From IMG/VR virus record IMGVR_UViG_3300007177_000029: a DNA stretch of 24,992 bases; one strand, 5' to 3'. Numbering within the stretch: position 1 is the stretch's first letter; every line of letters begins with the position of its first letter. A program made the position numbers and the translations under genes. Of the stretch, positions 1 to 8,597 are shown piece after piece. Under the pieces are notes generated by a model. That model was not told where the DNA came from. It was given only the letters and a program-made list of their open reading frames with translations, and did not search any database. Source of the DNA: an uncultured virus (IMG/VR IMGVR_UViG_3300007177_000029). Lineage: Duplodnaviria; Heunggongvirae; Uroviricota; Caudoviricetes; Crassvirales.

Positions 1-165
1 TTCTACATTATCAAAATCTTGAATAAGTATTTGATGACCTTGTCTTGATAAACTTAGACCTAACCAAGAACCTATACCACCAGCACCAAGTATAGATACA
101 GACTGTAAATTTTCATACCAAGGTAATCCTTTAAATCTGCCATGTGTTTGTATTATTTTCATCAT
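1..165 (-). CDS. ThiF/MoeB/E1-like adenylyltransferase, N-terminal part (runs off the window)
   Basis: Not in the ORF track. Manual translation from ATG at 165: MMKIIQTHGRFKGLPWYENLQSVSILGAGGIGSWLGLSLSRQGHQILIQDFDNVE. Contains the ThiF nucleotide-binding GxGGxGS and the DxDxVE motif. Confidence 0.9.
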   Translation of the reverse strand, partial: MMKIIQTHGRFKGLPWYENLQSVSILGAGGIGSWLGLSLSRQGHQILIQDFDNVE

Positions 166-182
166 AATTTTTTTAATTTAAA

Positions 183-201
183 AAGGGAGCAAAGCTCCCT
201 T
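183..201 (-). terminator. intergenic hairpin / probable intrinsic terminator between the JAB and E1 genes
   Basis: AAGGGAGC-AAA-GCTCCCTT perfect stem, followed by a T-run on the minus strand. Confidence 0.6.
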
Positions 202-204
202 ATG

Positions 205-1569
205 TTATTTTTCATTTGATTTTAATCTAAATTCTTCTTCTAATATTACATTATCTAATGTATGTTTAATATGAAGAGCTTTTAATTTTAAATTAATTTG
301 GTTTAATAAATCTGTTTCTTCTTTTACAGATAATTTTTCATCTGTACAAAAATCTTCAAATTGTTCTTCTAAACATTCAATAAATGAGTACATTGAAAAA
401 GTATCAAAAGAAGTACCATTAATATGTTTATAAAATTCACTAAATTTATAAGTAAATTCCATATTTTCAGGTATATTTTTTAAATCTAAAGCTAAAATAG
501 CTTCATCTAATGAATCAGATAAAATATTAATAGCACTTGTTTCTTTAGATAATTTACCTTTACTTTTTTTATTTTTAAGTTTAGGAACATAAAAATCATC
601 GTCATTATCCCAATAATTATGTGTTTTTTTATTATTTAAAAGTTCATTATCTTGAAATAATCTACCGTTACCATAAAAATTATTATTACTTTGATAATTA
701 TAATCTGGATAAAAAGTATATTTAGATTTTTTCTTTTCTATTTCTTCATATCTTTTTACAAAAGATTCTGGTAGGTTTACTACATCATGTTCTTTATACT
801 TAATTGTACAATCATAAGTAAACATTGCTTTTTCTTTTAAATCTTTTTTAGTACTATTATTTCCAAAAGTACCATCATCTTTTTTAAATTTTAATACTCT
901 AGAATAATTTTCTTCTATTTCTCCTTCAAAAGCAATTTTTGCACACCATTTATCAATATCTTGAAAATTTACAATTAATGATAAATAATAATTATATGCA
1001 GTATGATTATCAATTAATTCTTTTGTATCAGTACCAGAAAAGAAACAAGACATACTATGATGCGTGTGAATATGTCCTGTTTTTAATGTTTCATCATTCA
1101 TTAAAGAATTTATTTTATCGAAAACATAATCATCTTCAGTTAAAGCTTTAGATAAAGAATATTCAGTATAAGAAGCAGAACCAATATCCATTAAAATAAT
1201 ATCAATCATTTCAATTACAAATTTTGAAGGGTTTTCTATACTTTCTTTAATTATTTTATAGATTAATACACCACTCCATTCAACTGATTTTACTTTATTA
1301 TGAAGAAAATCTACTTTATCTTTAAATTCTTTACTTATTAAAATTGTTGGTTTTTCTGGTAAAGAAATTTGTTTAATTGTGGGATTTACTACATTGTTAA
1401 AATTATTATTAAATCCTATAGGATTATTAACTTTATAAGGTAAATTTACATCATCATCCAATCTATGTAATAAATTATTTTTACTAGATTTACTTTTTTT
1501 TACTTTTGCTAGTTTATTATCAGCAGTAAAATTTTTAACACTTTTCAATTTTTTTAATATATTTGTCAT
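205..1569 (-). CDS. JAB/MPN+ (JAMM) metalloprotease-domain protein with acidic C-terminal extension
   Basis: Catalytic Glu in VEWSG plus GHIHTHHSMSCFFSGTD, matching the JAMM E...HxH-x7-SxxD motif. Start uncertain: ORF is open to 1608; ATG at 1569 chosen to reduce overlap. Confidence 0.85.
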   Translation of the reverse strand: MTNILKKLKSVKNFTADNKLAKVKKSKSSKNNLLHRLDDDVNLPYKVNNPIGFNNNFNNVVNPTIKQISLPEKPTILISKEFKDKVDFLHNKVKSVEWSGVLIYKIIKESIENPSKFVIEMIDIILMDIGSASYTEYSLSKALTEDDYVFDKINSLMNDETLKTGHIHTHHSMSCFFSGTDTKELIDNHTAYNYYLSLIVNFQDIDKWCAKIAFEGEIEENYSRVLKFKKDDGTFGNNSTKKDLKEKAMFTYDCTIKYKEHDVVNLPESFVKRYEEIEKKKSKYTFYPDYNYQSNNNFYGNGRLFQDNELLNNKKTHNYWDNDDDFYVPKLKNKKSKGKLSKETSAINILSDSLDEAILALDLKNIPENMEFTYKFSEFYKHINGTSFDTFSMYSFIECLEEQFEDFCTDEKLSVKEETDLLNQINLKLKALHIKHTLDNVILEEEFRLKSNEK

Positions 1570-2893
1570 AAATTTTTTTGTTAAAATAATATTTAATTTT
1601 ATTTTCAATAATAGTTTTTAATGAAGATGGTATTCTTTTTTCTTTAATTTGTTCTAATTTATTATCTTCTAATGTTATAAAAATATCTTTATTTGTTAAA
1701 TCAGTATATAAATACTTGTTTGTTAAATTTACATTATTTGATGAAGACGTTCTTTTTATATACCTTACAATACCTAAATTATCTTTATCTGTAATATAAT
1801 TGTTAGATATTATATCATAATAAAATTCTTCATTTATAATTTCAGCGTTTATGATATTATTATTTAATAAATCAGATTCTACACTAATAGATAAAGTTTT
1901 TTTTATTACATCTTTATTAAATAAACTGTTAGTATTTAATTTTTCAATAATTGATGCAAAACATTCTAAATTTATAGCTTTTTCATCAAGGTCATTATAA
2001 AATTCATTGTTACTTTTTACAATATTTTTAATATATTTATAAGGAGTACCTTCTAAAGATTCCCATCTAATGTATGAATCTATAGTTGCAAATATTGATA
2101 TAAAACTTTCAAATTTAGATTTTATGTAAATTGAACTTTCGTTAAAAAAATTAAAAAACTCATGAATTTTTTTATTTATTTCAGTATCAGAACCTCCATA
2201 ACATAAATCTGAATCAAGAGAATAACAATCTCCTTGTGAATGAGAAAAATTATAAGAAGAATATAATTCGTCTTTAGTTACTACTGGTCTAATAATTCTA
2301 CAATAATTTCCACCATAATCATTTAAATTATTATCAACAGATATTGGTATCATGAAATTTATTTGTGGCATAGTATGTTTTAATCTAAGAGAATTTGAAA
2401 TTTCAACATTTTTAAATTTTAACATTAAATTAAAAGCACCAGCTCTACAAGTATAACTACTTTTTTGGTCACAAAAATTAAATTTATTAAATACAGAAAA
2501 ATTTAAAACTTCACTTAAAAAAATTTTAGTAAGTTTTTTTCTAGTTGAAGACTCTTTTTCGCCTACTATAATTTCAAAATCAATATTTAAAAAATCTAAT
2601 ACTTTATGAAAAAACATTAAAATTATAGCATTTGCTTCAGTTTTATATTTATTATTATACCCGTTTAATTTTCCTAGTAAAGATTTATTTTCATTTAAAT
2701 AAACTATAATGTCATTTAATTCATTATTATTTAATAAATTAATAGCTGTTTCAATAAAAGTTTCTTCAATGTTTTTAATTTCTATTTCAGGTACTACTAC
2801 TTGTTCTGTGTTTTCTTCTACTTGTTTTATTTTTTCATTATTAATAGATTGAGAAAACATCATATCTATTTCTTCAAACAGTAAATCATCCAT
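1535..2893 (-). CDS. putative prokaryotic E2-like (ubiquitin-conjugating fold) protein
   Basis: 452 aa. YNFSHS...DLCYGG resembles the H...C-x-G signature of prokaryotic E2s, followed by WESLEGTPY. Sits between a Ubl-like gene and JAB/E1 genes. Fold assignment is inferred. Confidence 0.55.
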   Translation of the reverse strand: MDDLLFEEIDMMFSQSINNEKIKQVEENTEQVVVPEIEIKNIEETFIETAINLLNNNELNDIIVYLNENKSLLGKLNGYNNKYKTEANAIILMFFHKVLDFLNIDFEIIVGEKESSTRKKLTKIFLSEVLNFSVFNKFNFCDQKSSYTCRAGAFNLMLKFKNVEISNSLRLKHTMPQINFMIPISVDNNLNDYGGNYCRIIRPVVTKDELYSSYNFSHSQGDCYSLDSDLCYGGSDTEINKKIHEFFNFFNESSIYIKSKFESFISIFATIDSYIRWESLEGTPYKYIKNIVKSNNEFYNDLDEKAINLECFASIIEKLNTNSLFNKDVIKKTLSISVESDLLNNNIINAEIINEEFYYDIISNNYITDKDNLGIVRYIKRTSSSNNVNLTNKYLYTDLTNKDIFITLEDNKLEQIKEKRIPSSLKTIIENKIKYYFNKKIYDKYIKKIEKC

Positions 2894-2906
2894 TTTTTTT
2901 ATTTTA

Positions 2907-2938
2907 AAAAGCCGATAATAATTAAATTATCGGCTTTT
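2907..2938 (-). terminator. strong intergenic hairpin / terminator downstream of the Ubl gene
   Basis: AAAAGCCGATAAT-AATTAA-ATTATCGGCTTTT, 13-bp perfect inverted repeat with T-runs on both strands. Confidence 0.75.
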
Positions 2939-2945
2939 GTTTTTA

Positions 2946-3044
2946 TTAGATTAAATTGTTTAAAATTTCAGAATTTATTATAGAAATTAATTTTTTTTGA
3001 TAAATTTCTAATATGTTTTCTTCTAAAACATCTAAATCTTGCAT
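2946..3044 (-). CDS. small 32-aa ORF translationally coupled to the Ubl gene
   Basis: ATG overlaps the Ubl stop (TAATG). Translation MQDLDVLEENILEIYQKKLISIINSEILNNLI; fills the gap up to the hairpin. Confidence 0.5.
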   Translation of the reverse strand: MQDLDVLEENILEIYQKKLISIINSEILNNLI

Positions 3045-3274
3045 TATTTTCCTGATTTAATTTCTTTTGTAGCTAAAAATATAATAGCTTCGCCTGAAGG
3101 TAATTGAGCATTGTCGTCTTCTAAACTAACTCTTGTTTCTCTAACCATACCTCTTAAATTAGCTGTAATGAAATCTGAATTTTCAGATTTTAATTGACCC
3201 CATGTTGTTGCACTTGTGATAACTTCTTTTCTTACTTGAGAATTTGAGTTAAATAATGTGATTTTTCTAGACAT
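3044..3274 (-). CDS. ubiquitin-like (beta-grasp) protein
   Basis: 76 aa with a beta-beta-alpha-beta-beta pattern (RKITLF / RKEVIT / TTWGQLKSE / AIIFLA) and C-terminus KEIKSGK. Located upstream of E2-like, JAB and E1 genes. Confidence 0.7.
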   Translation of the reverse strand: MSRKITLFNSNSQVRKEVITSATTWGQLKSENSDFITANLRGMVRETRVSLEDDNAQLPSGEAIIFLATKEIKSGK

Positions 3275-3296
3275 AATTGTAAATTTTAAATTGTTA

Positions 3297-3902
3297 TTAT
3301 TTTGTTGTTATTAAATTTGTTTCGTTAGCAACTAAAGTGCTATCTAAATAGTTAATATAAAATTCCATAAATTCGTTGTATAATTCTTGAAAATCGTATT
3401 TATCTAATACATTATCTGCATTATCTAACTTATCTTCAATAGCTATTCTTATAGAATTATAATTTATATTAGTGCTTATACCATGTTTTATTAATTTTTT
3501 AATAAGAGAATCTTCCATATTTAAGATTTTAAAATAAACACCAGGATTTTCTTTATTAATAGAAGTATATTTACCATTTATACTTAAAGGTAAAGGAAAC
3601 ATTACACTTACATTATCATCTTCAATTAATTCTTTTTTTACCATAAAATCTTGAATTGTTTGAAGAGGATTAATCCAATCATATTTCCTTTTACTATTCC
3701 TTACAAAATGAAACCCTATTAATAAAGGATTGCTTAGTTGTCTTTTTTCTATTTCATTTGTAAATTGATTTTTAATTTCATTAATTTTTTCATCACTATC
3801 TTTATAATATTTTAAAGATAATTTACTGCTAATTAACATTTTTCCTGTCCATCTTTTACTGTTTTTAGAAGATGGTACATTATTCGGAATAAAAAATATC
3901 AT
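3297..3902 (-). CDS. RusA-like Holliday junction resolvase
   Basis: N-terminal NVPSSKNS and RKYDWINPLQTIQDFMVKKELIEDDN, matching the RusA D-x2-N...D...I-x-DD pattern. Confidence 0.7.
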   Translation of the reverse strand: MIFFIPNNVPSSKNSKRWTGKMLISSKLSLKYYKDSDEKINEIKNQFTNEIEKRQLSNPLLIGFHFVRNSKRKYDWINPLQTIQDFMVKKELIEDDNVSVMFPLPLSINGKYTSINKENPGVYFKILNMEDSLIKKLIKHGISTNINYNSIRIAIEDKLDNADNVLDKYDFQELYNEFMEFYINYLDSTLVANETNLITTK

Positions 3903-4881
3903 TTAATTTTTTGTTAATTAAAGATTTTAACTTTTCAGGATTATTAAATTTTATAAAATCAGAAGGGTCTTTATATTCATCAATAAAAATTGATTTAAAT
4001 CCATAAACTTCTTCATATTTTTTACTAGCTTCTTTACCAGGTTCATCATTATCGAAAAGCATTATAATGTTACTACAAACTTTTTCTTTTAACTTATTTA
4101 TTATAGTTTCATTCAATAAAACTGTTTCTGATGCAGGTGCTATAGCAGTAAATCCTATACTATATAATGACATTACATCTTTTAAAGATGATGTTATAAA
4201 CAATATTTTTGGATTTTGTTTAATAGCTTGATTAATACCTTGTAAAACATTAGAATCTGTATTACTAAACCATTTGTATTTTAAATTTAAAGGATTTAAT
4301 ATTTTATAAAATTTAATATTATTTTTAATACCTAATTTATAAGCAAAACATAAATTTTTATTATAAATCCAATTACCATTAATAGAATACGCATTTAAAG
4401 ATTTTACATTATAAAATTCTAATATTTTTTTATCAATATTATACTGTTTCCAATATTCTAAATCATTTTTAGAAAAGTTTTTAATATTGATATTTATTAT
4501 ACATTTTTCTTTAGGTAAAATAGTTAAATCATGTATTATAGGTTTTTCTATTATATCACTTTTAATAGAACTTGTTCCTTTAAGATTTAAATTAAAATCA
4601 TTATTTATAATATTTAAAGCGGTAATAAAATCACAATTATATTTAGCTCTTACATACTGAAAACAATTATAATAATGACCTGTAGAAAAATCTTTATAAA
4701 CTAAACCTTTTGATAAATTAGATATTATACAACTTGGTTTTTTATCTTCTCTTAATTCAGAACAAAATAAATTTCCAAGTTCTTTAAAAGAAGAACAATA
4801 AAATTTAAATATATCATATTCTGATATTAATTCAAGAATTTTTTGAAAAGTTAAAGCTTCTTTTGGTTTATTACCATACAT
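3880..4881 (-). CDS. DNA primase (DnaG-like, C-terminal TOPRIM)
   Basis: N-terminal Zn-binding-like region (CSELREDKKPSC...YKDFSTG), TOPRIM motifs ITSSLKD and LFDNDEPG, KDPSD; typical crAss-like primase layout. Confidence 0.88.
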   Translation of the reverse strand: MYGNKPKEALTFQKILELISEYDIFKFYCSSFKELGNLFCSELREDKKPSCIISNLSKGLVYKDFSTGHYYNCFQYVRAKYNCDFITALNIINNDFNLNLKGTSSIKSDIIEKPIIHDLTILPKEKCIININIKNFSKNDLEYWKQYNIDKKILEFYNVKSLNAYSINGNWIYNKNLCFAYKLGIKNNIKFYKILNPLNLKYKWFSNTDSNVLQGINQAIKQNPKILFITSSLKDVMSLYSIGFTAIAPASETVLLNETIINKLKEKVCSNIIMLFDNDEPGKEASKKYEEVYGFKSIFIDEYKDPSDFIKFNNPEKLKSLINKKLNDIFYSE

Positions 4882-4902
4882 AAAAAATTATTTTTAATAA
4901 AA

Positions 4903-4928
4903 AGAGGGTAGAAATTAATCTACCCTCT
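4903..4928 (-). terminator. intergenic hairpin / terminator after the SSB-like gene
   Basis: AGAGGGTAGA-AATTAA-TCTACCCTCT, perfect 10-bp stem, T-run on minus strand. Confidence 0.75.
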
Positions 4929-4935
4929 AGATTAA

Positions 4936-5502
4936 TTAAAATAATTCATCGTCATCACTATTATCAGAAGAATCATTATCTACAGGTTTTTCCAACTCAT
5001 ATTTATCATATTTTGGATTTGTAGATAAAATATCTTCTTTATCAGGAGTGGTAATAAAATTAGGAAAAGTAGGTACTGTAATATAACCTTTTTTGTTATA
5101 TACAAACTTCATAGTAAATTCTTTAGTTGTAAAATCTTCATCTTTTAACAAAGCTTTGATTTTACTAACAAAATTTGCAAAACTATTAGCAGGTTTAGCT
5201 TCAATTTTATCAGCATAAGCCTGTTCTCCTACTAATTTTGTACAAATGTGTTTTACAGTTCTGTTAATTTGGTCTATTTGCCAATCTTCTTCACCTTCAA
5301 ATAAAGAAATTTTAACTAAAGCACCGTTAGCTTGTTTAAAAACAAATTCAGCTCTATCTTCTTGAACTTGTTCATCTTTGTCTTTTGCAAAATCAAAATA
5401 GATAAATTTGTTCCCTTTTACTCTCTCACCTGCTACTGGTAAAACATAAGAACTATCTGAAGCTAATGTTTCACCTTTTGAATTTGTTGATTTACCGTAC
5501 AT
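4936..5502 (-). CDS. putative single-stranded DNA-binding protein
   Basis: 188 aa with beta-rich N-terminus and acidic tail ending DDDELF; lies between the Sak4-like ATPase and the primase. Confidence 0.55.
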   Translation of the reverse strand: MYGKSTNSKGETLASDSSYVLPVAGERVKGNKFIYFDFAKDKDEQVQEDRAEFVFKQANGALVKISLFEGEEDWQIDQINRTVKHICTKLVGEQAYADKIEAKPANSFANFVSKIKALLKDEDFTTKEFTMKFVYNKKGYITVPTFPNFITTPDKEDILSTNPKYDKYELEKPVDNDSSDNSDDDELF

Positions 5503-5527
5503 ATTTATTAAATTTAATGATTACTTA

Positions 5528-5980
5528 TTAAAATAAAGATTCTTCTTCTTCCTCTTCTTCTTGAACATCATCTAAAACTTCTTGTGGTATTTGTTCAGAT
5601 TCTTCTTCAACAATATTTTGGGGTTCTAAAGATACTTCAATTTCTTGATTTTGTGTTAATGTTTCTTCAATTAATTCTTCTTTTTCATCTTTAATTAATT
5701 CTTCTGATTCAATAACATTAGTGTTTTCATGATTTTCTAAAGATTTTATTCTTTCTTCTTTTTCTTCAATGGTATCAACAATTATTAAACTAGATTGTTT
5801 TTTAGTTTTTTTACCTTTTAATTGTGGATGATTGAATAAAATAGTTAATTGGTTATTATCTAAACCATATTTTTCACTAATTGAACCTATTAATGGTTCA
5901 TAACCAATTGATGATGGTTTTCTGGTTAAACCATTTTCTAAATCATTTAAAATTTCTTGAATACTTACAATTTTTGCCAT
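5528..5980 (-). CDS. hypothetical protein, helical N-terminal domain and highly acidic tail
   Basis: ORF track; N-terminal ILNDLENGLTR...LFNHPQLKGKK; Glu-rich tail ending EEEEEESLF. Confidence 0.7.
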   Translation of the reverse strand: MAKIVSIQEILNDLENGLTRKPSSIGYEPLIGSISEKYGLDNNQLTILFNHPQLKGKKTKKQSSLIIVDTIEEKEERIKSLENHENTNVIESEELIKDEKEELIEETLTQNQEIEVSLEPQNIVEEESEQIPQEVLDDVQEEEEEEESLF

Positions 5981-5985
5981 TTTTT

Positions 5986-6732
5986 TTACTTTTTTAAACT
6001 TTCATAAATTAATTCCCATTTTACATCGCAAACATCATTTTTTTCAAAATCATATTTTGCTAGTATTATTTCTTGTCCTTTAAGATGATTACATCTTGAA
6101 CCACAAACAATTTCATCTGAACCTTTAAAATTTGCTATAAGATTATTGTCTTCGTCTCTATATAAATAACAAATAGCATCTGCATCAGTACTTATTATAG
6201 TTTTTAACTTACCAGTTAAATCTATTTCTTTATGAGATACTTCTTTACCTTTTTTCTCAATAGAGCTATCTTTTAAATGGCAAACTAAAATTATATTGTC
6301 TGCTAATTTTTTAATTTTATTAATCCATTCTTGAAAAGCTTTTCTTAACCAGTAATAACCTGCTCCACGACTTAGTTCTAAAACTGAATCACCTTCAAAA
6401 TTTGCACCTATTGGTTGAGCTTTATAAAGTTCTAAAGCATAATCTAAACACCATTCTTCTAATTTAGTAGTAGTGTCTATAATTACTGTTTTATAAGGTC
6501 TTTTAGCTTTTATAATAGCTGTACCAACTTCTTTTAGTTCTTTTAAGTTATTTACTTTAATTTTAACAGCATCAACAAAATCAGAACCATCTTCTAAATC
6601 AATCAGTAAAGAATTAGGTAATTTACTTAATATAGTAGTTTTACCGATTTTTGGAATACTGTAAAGTATTAATAATTTTGGGTCTCTAGATATAGATTTG
6701 ACTATATCTTTTGGTAATTCAATTTCTAACAT
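5986..6732 (-). CDS. AAA_24 / Sak4-like P-loop ATPase (recombination/annealing)
   Basis: Walker A YSIPKIGKT, LLIDLEDGS, Walker B VIIDT, GAGY motif. Confidence 0.82.
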   Translation of the reverse strand: MLEIELPKDIVKSISRDPKLLILYSIPKIGKTTILSKLPNSLLIDLEDGSDFVDAVKIKVNNLKELKEVGTAIIKAKRPYKTVIIDTTTKLEEWCLDYALELYKAQPIGANFEGDSVLELSRGAGYYWLRKAFQEWINKIKKLADNIILVCHLKDSSIEKKGKEVSHKEIDLTGKLKTIISTDADAICYLYRDEDNNLIANFKGSDEIVCGSRCNHLKGQEIILAKYDFEKNDVCDVKWELIYESLKK

Positions 6733-6737
6733 AATTT

Positions 6738-7808
6738 TTAAATTAAATATTTACTTGCTTTTTCATAATACTTATCTTTCATATCAACAGCTTTAGGAAG
6801 TTCTCTAAAAGTACCTACAGGACCTATAAAATTTAATCCTATATTAATACCTGGTTCACCATCACGATTTTGTAATATTTCTAAATTTCTAAAACTGTTT
6901 CCTAGTTTAGTTATATCATAGCCTTGAAATGTTTTTTGTTTATCTCTATATGGGTCATATAAAGCTAAAATAACGTTTGCATCCCTGACTGTGTATCTAG
7001 AATCTGAAAAATCTCTAAGAGTAGGTGTTAGTCTTCCTTGTTTATGCCTTTCATCATTATCAGTTTCAAAAGATAATTGTTGAATAACTACTGGTATTAA
7101 ATTAAAATTATTTCTAAGTTCAACCAAATATTGAGACATTTTATCAATATTCTGCTTTGTGTTAAATCCTCTTTCCTCTTTTAACAATGCAATATGGTCT
7201 ATAATTACAATCCAATACCTATTATCATTATTTGGAATGTATTTATCAAATCTTTTAATTTCAATACCTTCATTACTTGTTCCTATAGTTTTAGTAAGTA
7301 TCTTCCCGTTACTTTTAGCTTTATTTACAAGATATTTGTATATACCTGTAGCGTTATCAGGCATATCATGTATTGTTACTACATCTTCTAAGCTTTCAAA
7401 ATAAGATTTATAAGATTTAATTTTTGCAAAAAGTTCATCTTCACAATAATTTCTACCTCTACTTAAAATTGTGCTTATATCAGCAATAATACCTGTATCT
7501 TTCCATAAAGCTCTACTAATTCCCTTAGTAATTTTTGATTTTTTTTCTATTTCATAAGAAAAATAATCAATATCTAAAACTATATTTGTATCTTTTGTTT
7601 TTCTTAAATAATCAAATGGATTATACAAAAAAGCATCGTCAACAAAAGATGTTTTACCAACTTTTGAACTTGCAGCCGCTAAATAATAAGTACCTTGTTG
7701 TATGTTAGGTAGATATTCGACTAGCCTATTAAAACCCATAGGCAACCCCTCATTTAAACCTTGTCTACCTCTTTCTATGTTTTTAATAACATCATCAAAT
7801 ATACTCAT
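6738..7808 (-). CDS. DnaB-like (SF4) replicative helicase
   Basis: Walker A AASSKVGKT, FSYE, Walker B IVIIDHI, VVIQQL, PTLRDFSDS, QNRDG. Confidence 0.88.
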   Translation of the reverse strand: MSIFDDVIKNIERGRQGLNEGLPMGFNRLVEYLPNIQQGTYYLAAASSKVGKTSFVDDAFLYNPFDYLRKTKDTNIVLDIDYFSYEIEKKSKITKGISRALWKDTGIIADISTILSRGRNYCEDELFAKIKSYKSYFESLEDVVTIHDMPDNATGIYKYLVNKAKSNGKILTKTIGTSNEGIEIKRFDKYIPNNDNRYWIVIIDHIALLKEERGFNTKQNIDKMSQYLVELRNNFNLIPVVIQQLSFETDNDERHKQGRLTPTLRDFSDSRYTVRDANVILALYDPYRDKQKTFQGYDITKLGNSFRNLEILQNRDGEPGINIGLNFIGPVGTFRELPKAVDMKDKYYEKASKYLI

Positions 7809-7810
7809 AA

Positions 7811-8368
7811 TTAAACTGTTTTATGAAATTGGTCATTGTAATCTTGTTCCATACTTTCAAAATTTTCAATAAATGATTCTAACATAGAATTATTGTTTTT
7901 ATATATAAAAAAATGAGCTAACATCATATAATTAAAATTTTCTTGTTGCTTTTTTTCTACATATATTTTAGTAGCTTCTAATATAGTTTTTTTATCTCTT
8001 CCAAATTCAAGCATAAACTTTTTTAAATTAGCTATACAAGTTTTTTTAATACCTCTAACAGGATAACCTCCAGAATGTACACCACTTGGAAATAAATTTC
8101 TATATTCATCTACCCAATCTTCTACATTTAAATCATTATTGTTTTCAATGTTAAATATTTTTTTAGCTTTAGGTCTTAATTCAATTTTTTTACCTACTTG
8201 TTGAATTAAAGCTTTTTCTAATAAATTATTTATTACATTTTCAAAATTTTCTATAGCAGGAATTTCTAAGTTATTTGCTATACAACTTAATATAACATAC
8301 TCATTAAAATCAATACTGTTAGCTAAACATTTGTTCAAGTCCACTTGAATAATTTTTTTCTCTCTCAT
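7811..8368 (-). CDS. putative replication initiator / helicase-loader-like protein
   Basis: Possible winged-helix N-terminus, YRNLFP...VRG and ILEATKIYV motifs; directly upstream of DnaB. Function inferred from context. Confidence 0.45.
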   Translation of the reverse strand: MREKKIIQVDLNKCLANSIDFNEYVILSCIANNLEIPAIENFENVINNLLEKALIQQVGKKIELRPKAKKIFNIENNNDLNVEDWVDEYRNLFPSGVHSGGYPVRGIKKTCIANLKKFMLEFGRDKKTILEATKIYVEKKQQENFNYMMLAHFFIYKNNNSMLESFIENFESMEQDYNDQFHKTV

Positions 8369-8597
8369 AAAATTCTAGATTTTCTTGATAATTATTTATT
8401 TGTTTTCTAGATTCAAGTTCAAAATCTTCTTCAGATTTAAATAAAGCTAATTCATTATATAAAAATACTTCATATTCATCAACAGTAATAGTAAGATTAA
8501 AATCCTTATTAATTAAATCTACCTGGTCTTCTATACTTTTACTTGTGAAATCATTATATTTATTTTTACATAAAAAGAATTGAAGTTTTAAATCCAT
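8319..8597 (-). CDS. hypothetical protein
   Basis: ORF track; overlaps both neighbours in operon-like packing. Confidence 0.65.
   Translation of the reverse strand: MDLKLQFFLCKNKYNDFTSKSIEDQVDLINKDFNLTITVDEYEVFLYNELALFKSEEDFELESRKQINNYQENLEFYEREKNYSSGLEQMFS

Noticed and set aside
3040..3056. Programmed -1 frameshift fusing Ubl to the 32-aa ORF
   Set aside because: The frame relationship fits but there is no canonical X XXY YYZ slippery heptamer or nearby stimulator; TAATG coupling is simpler
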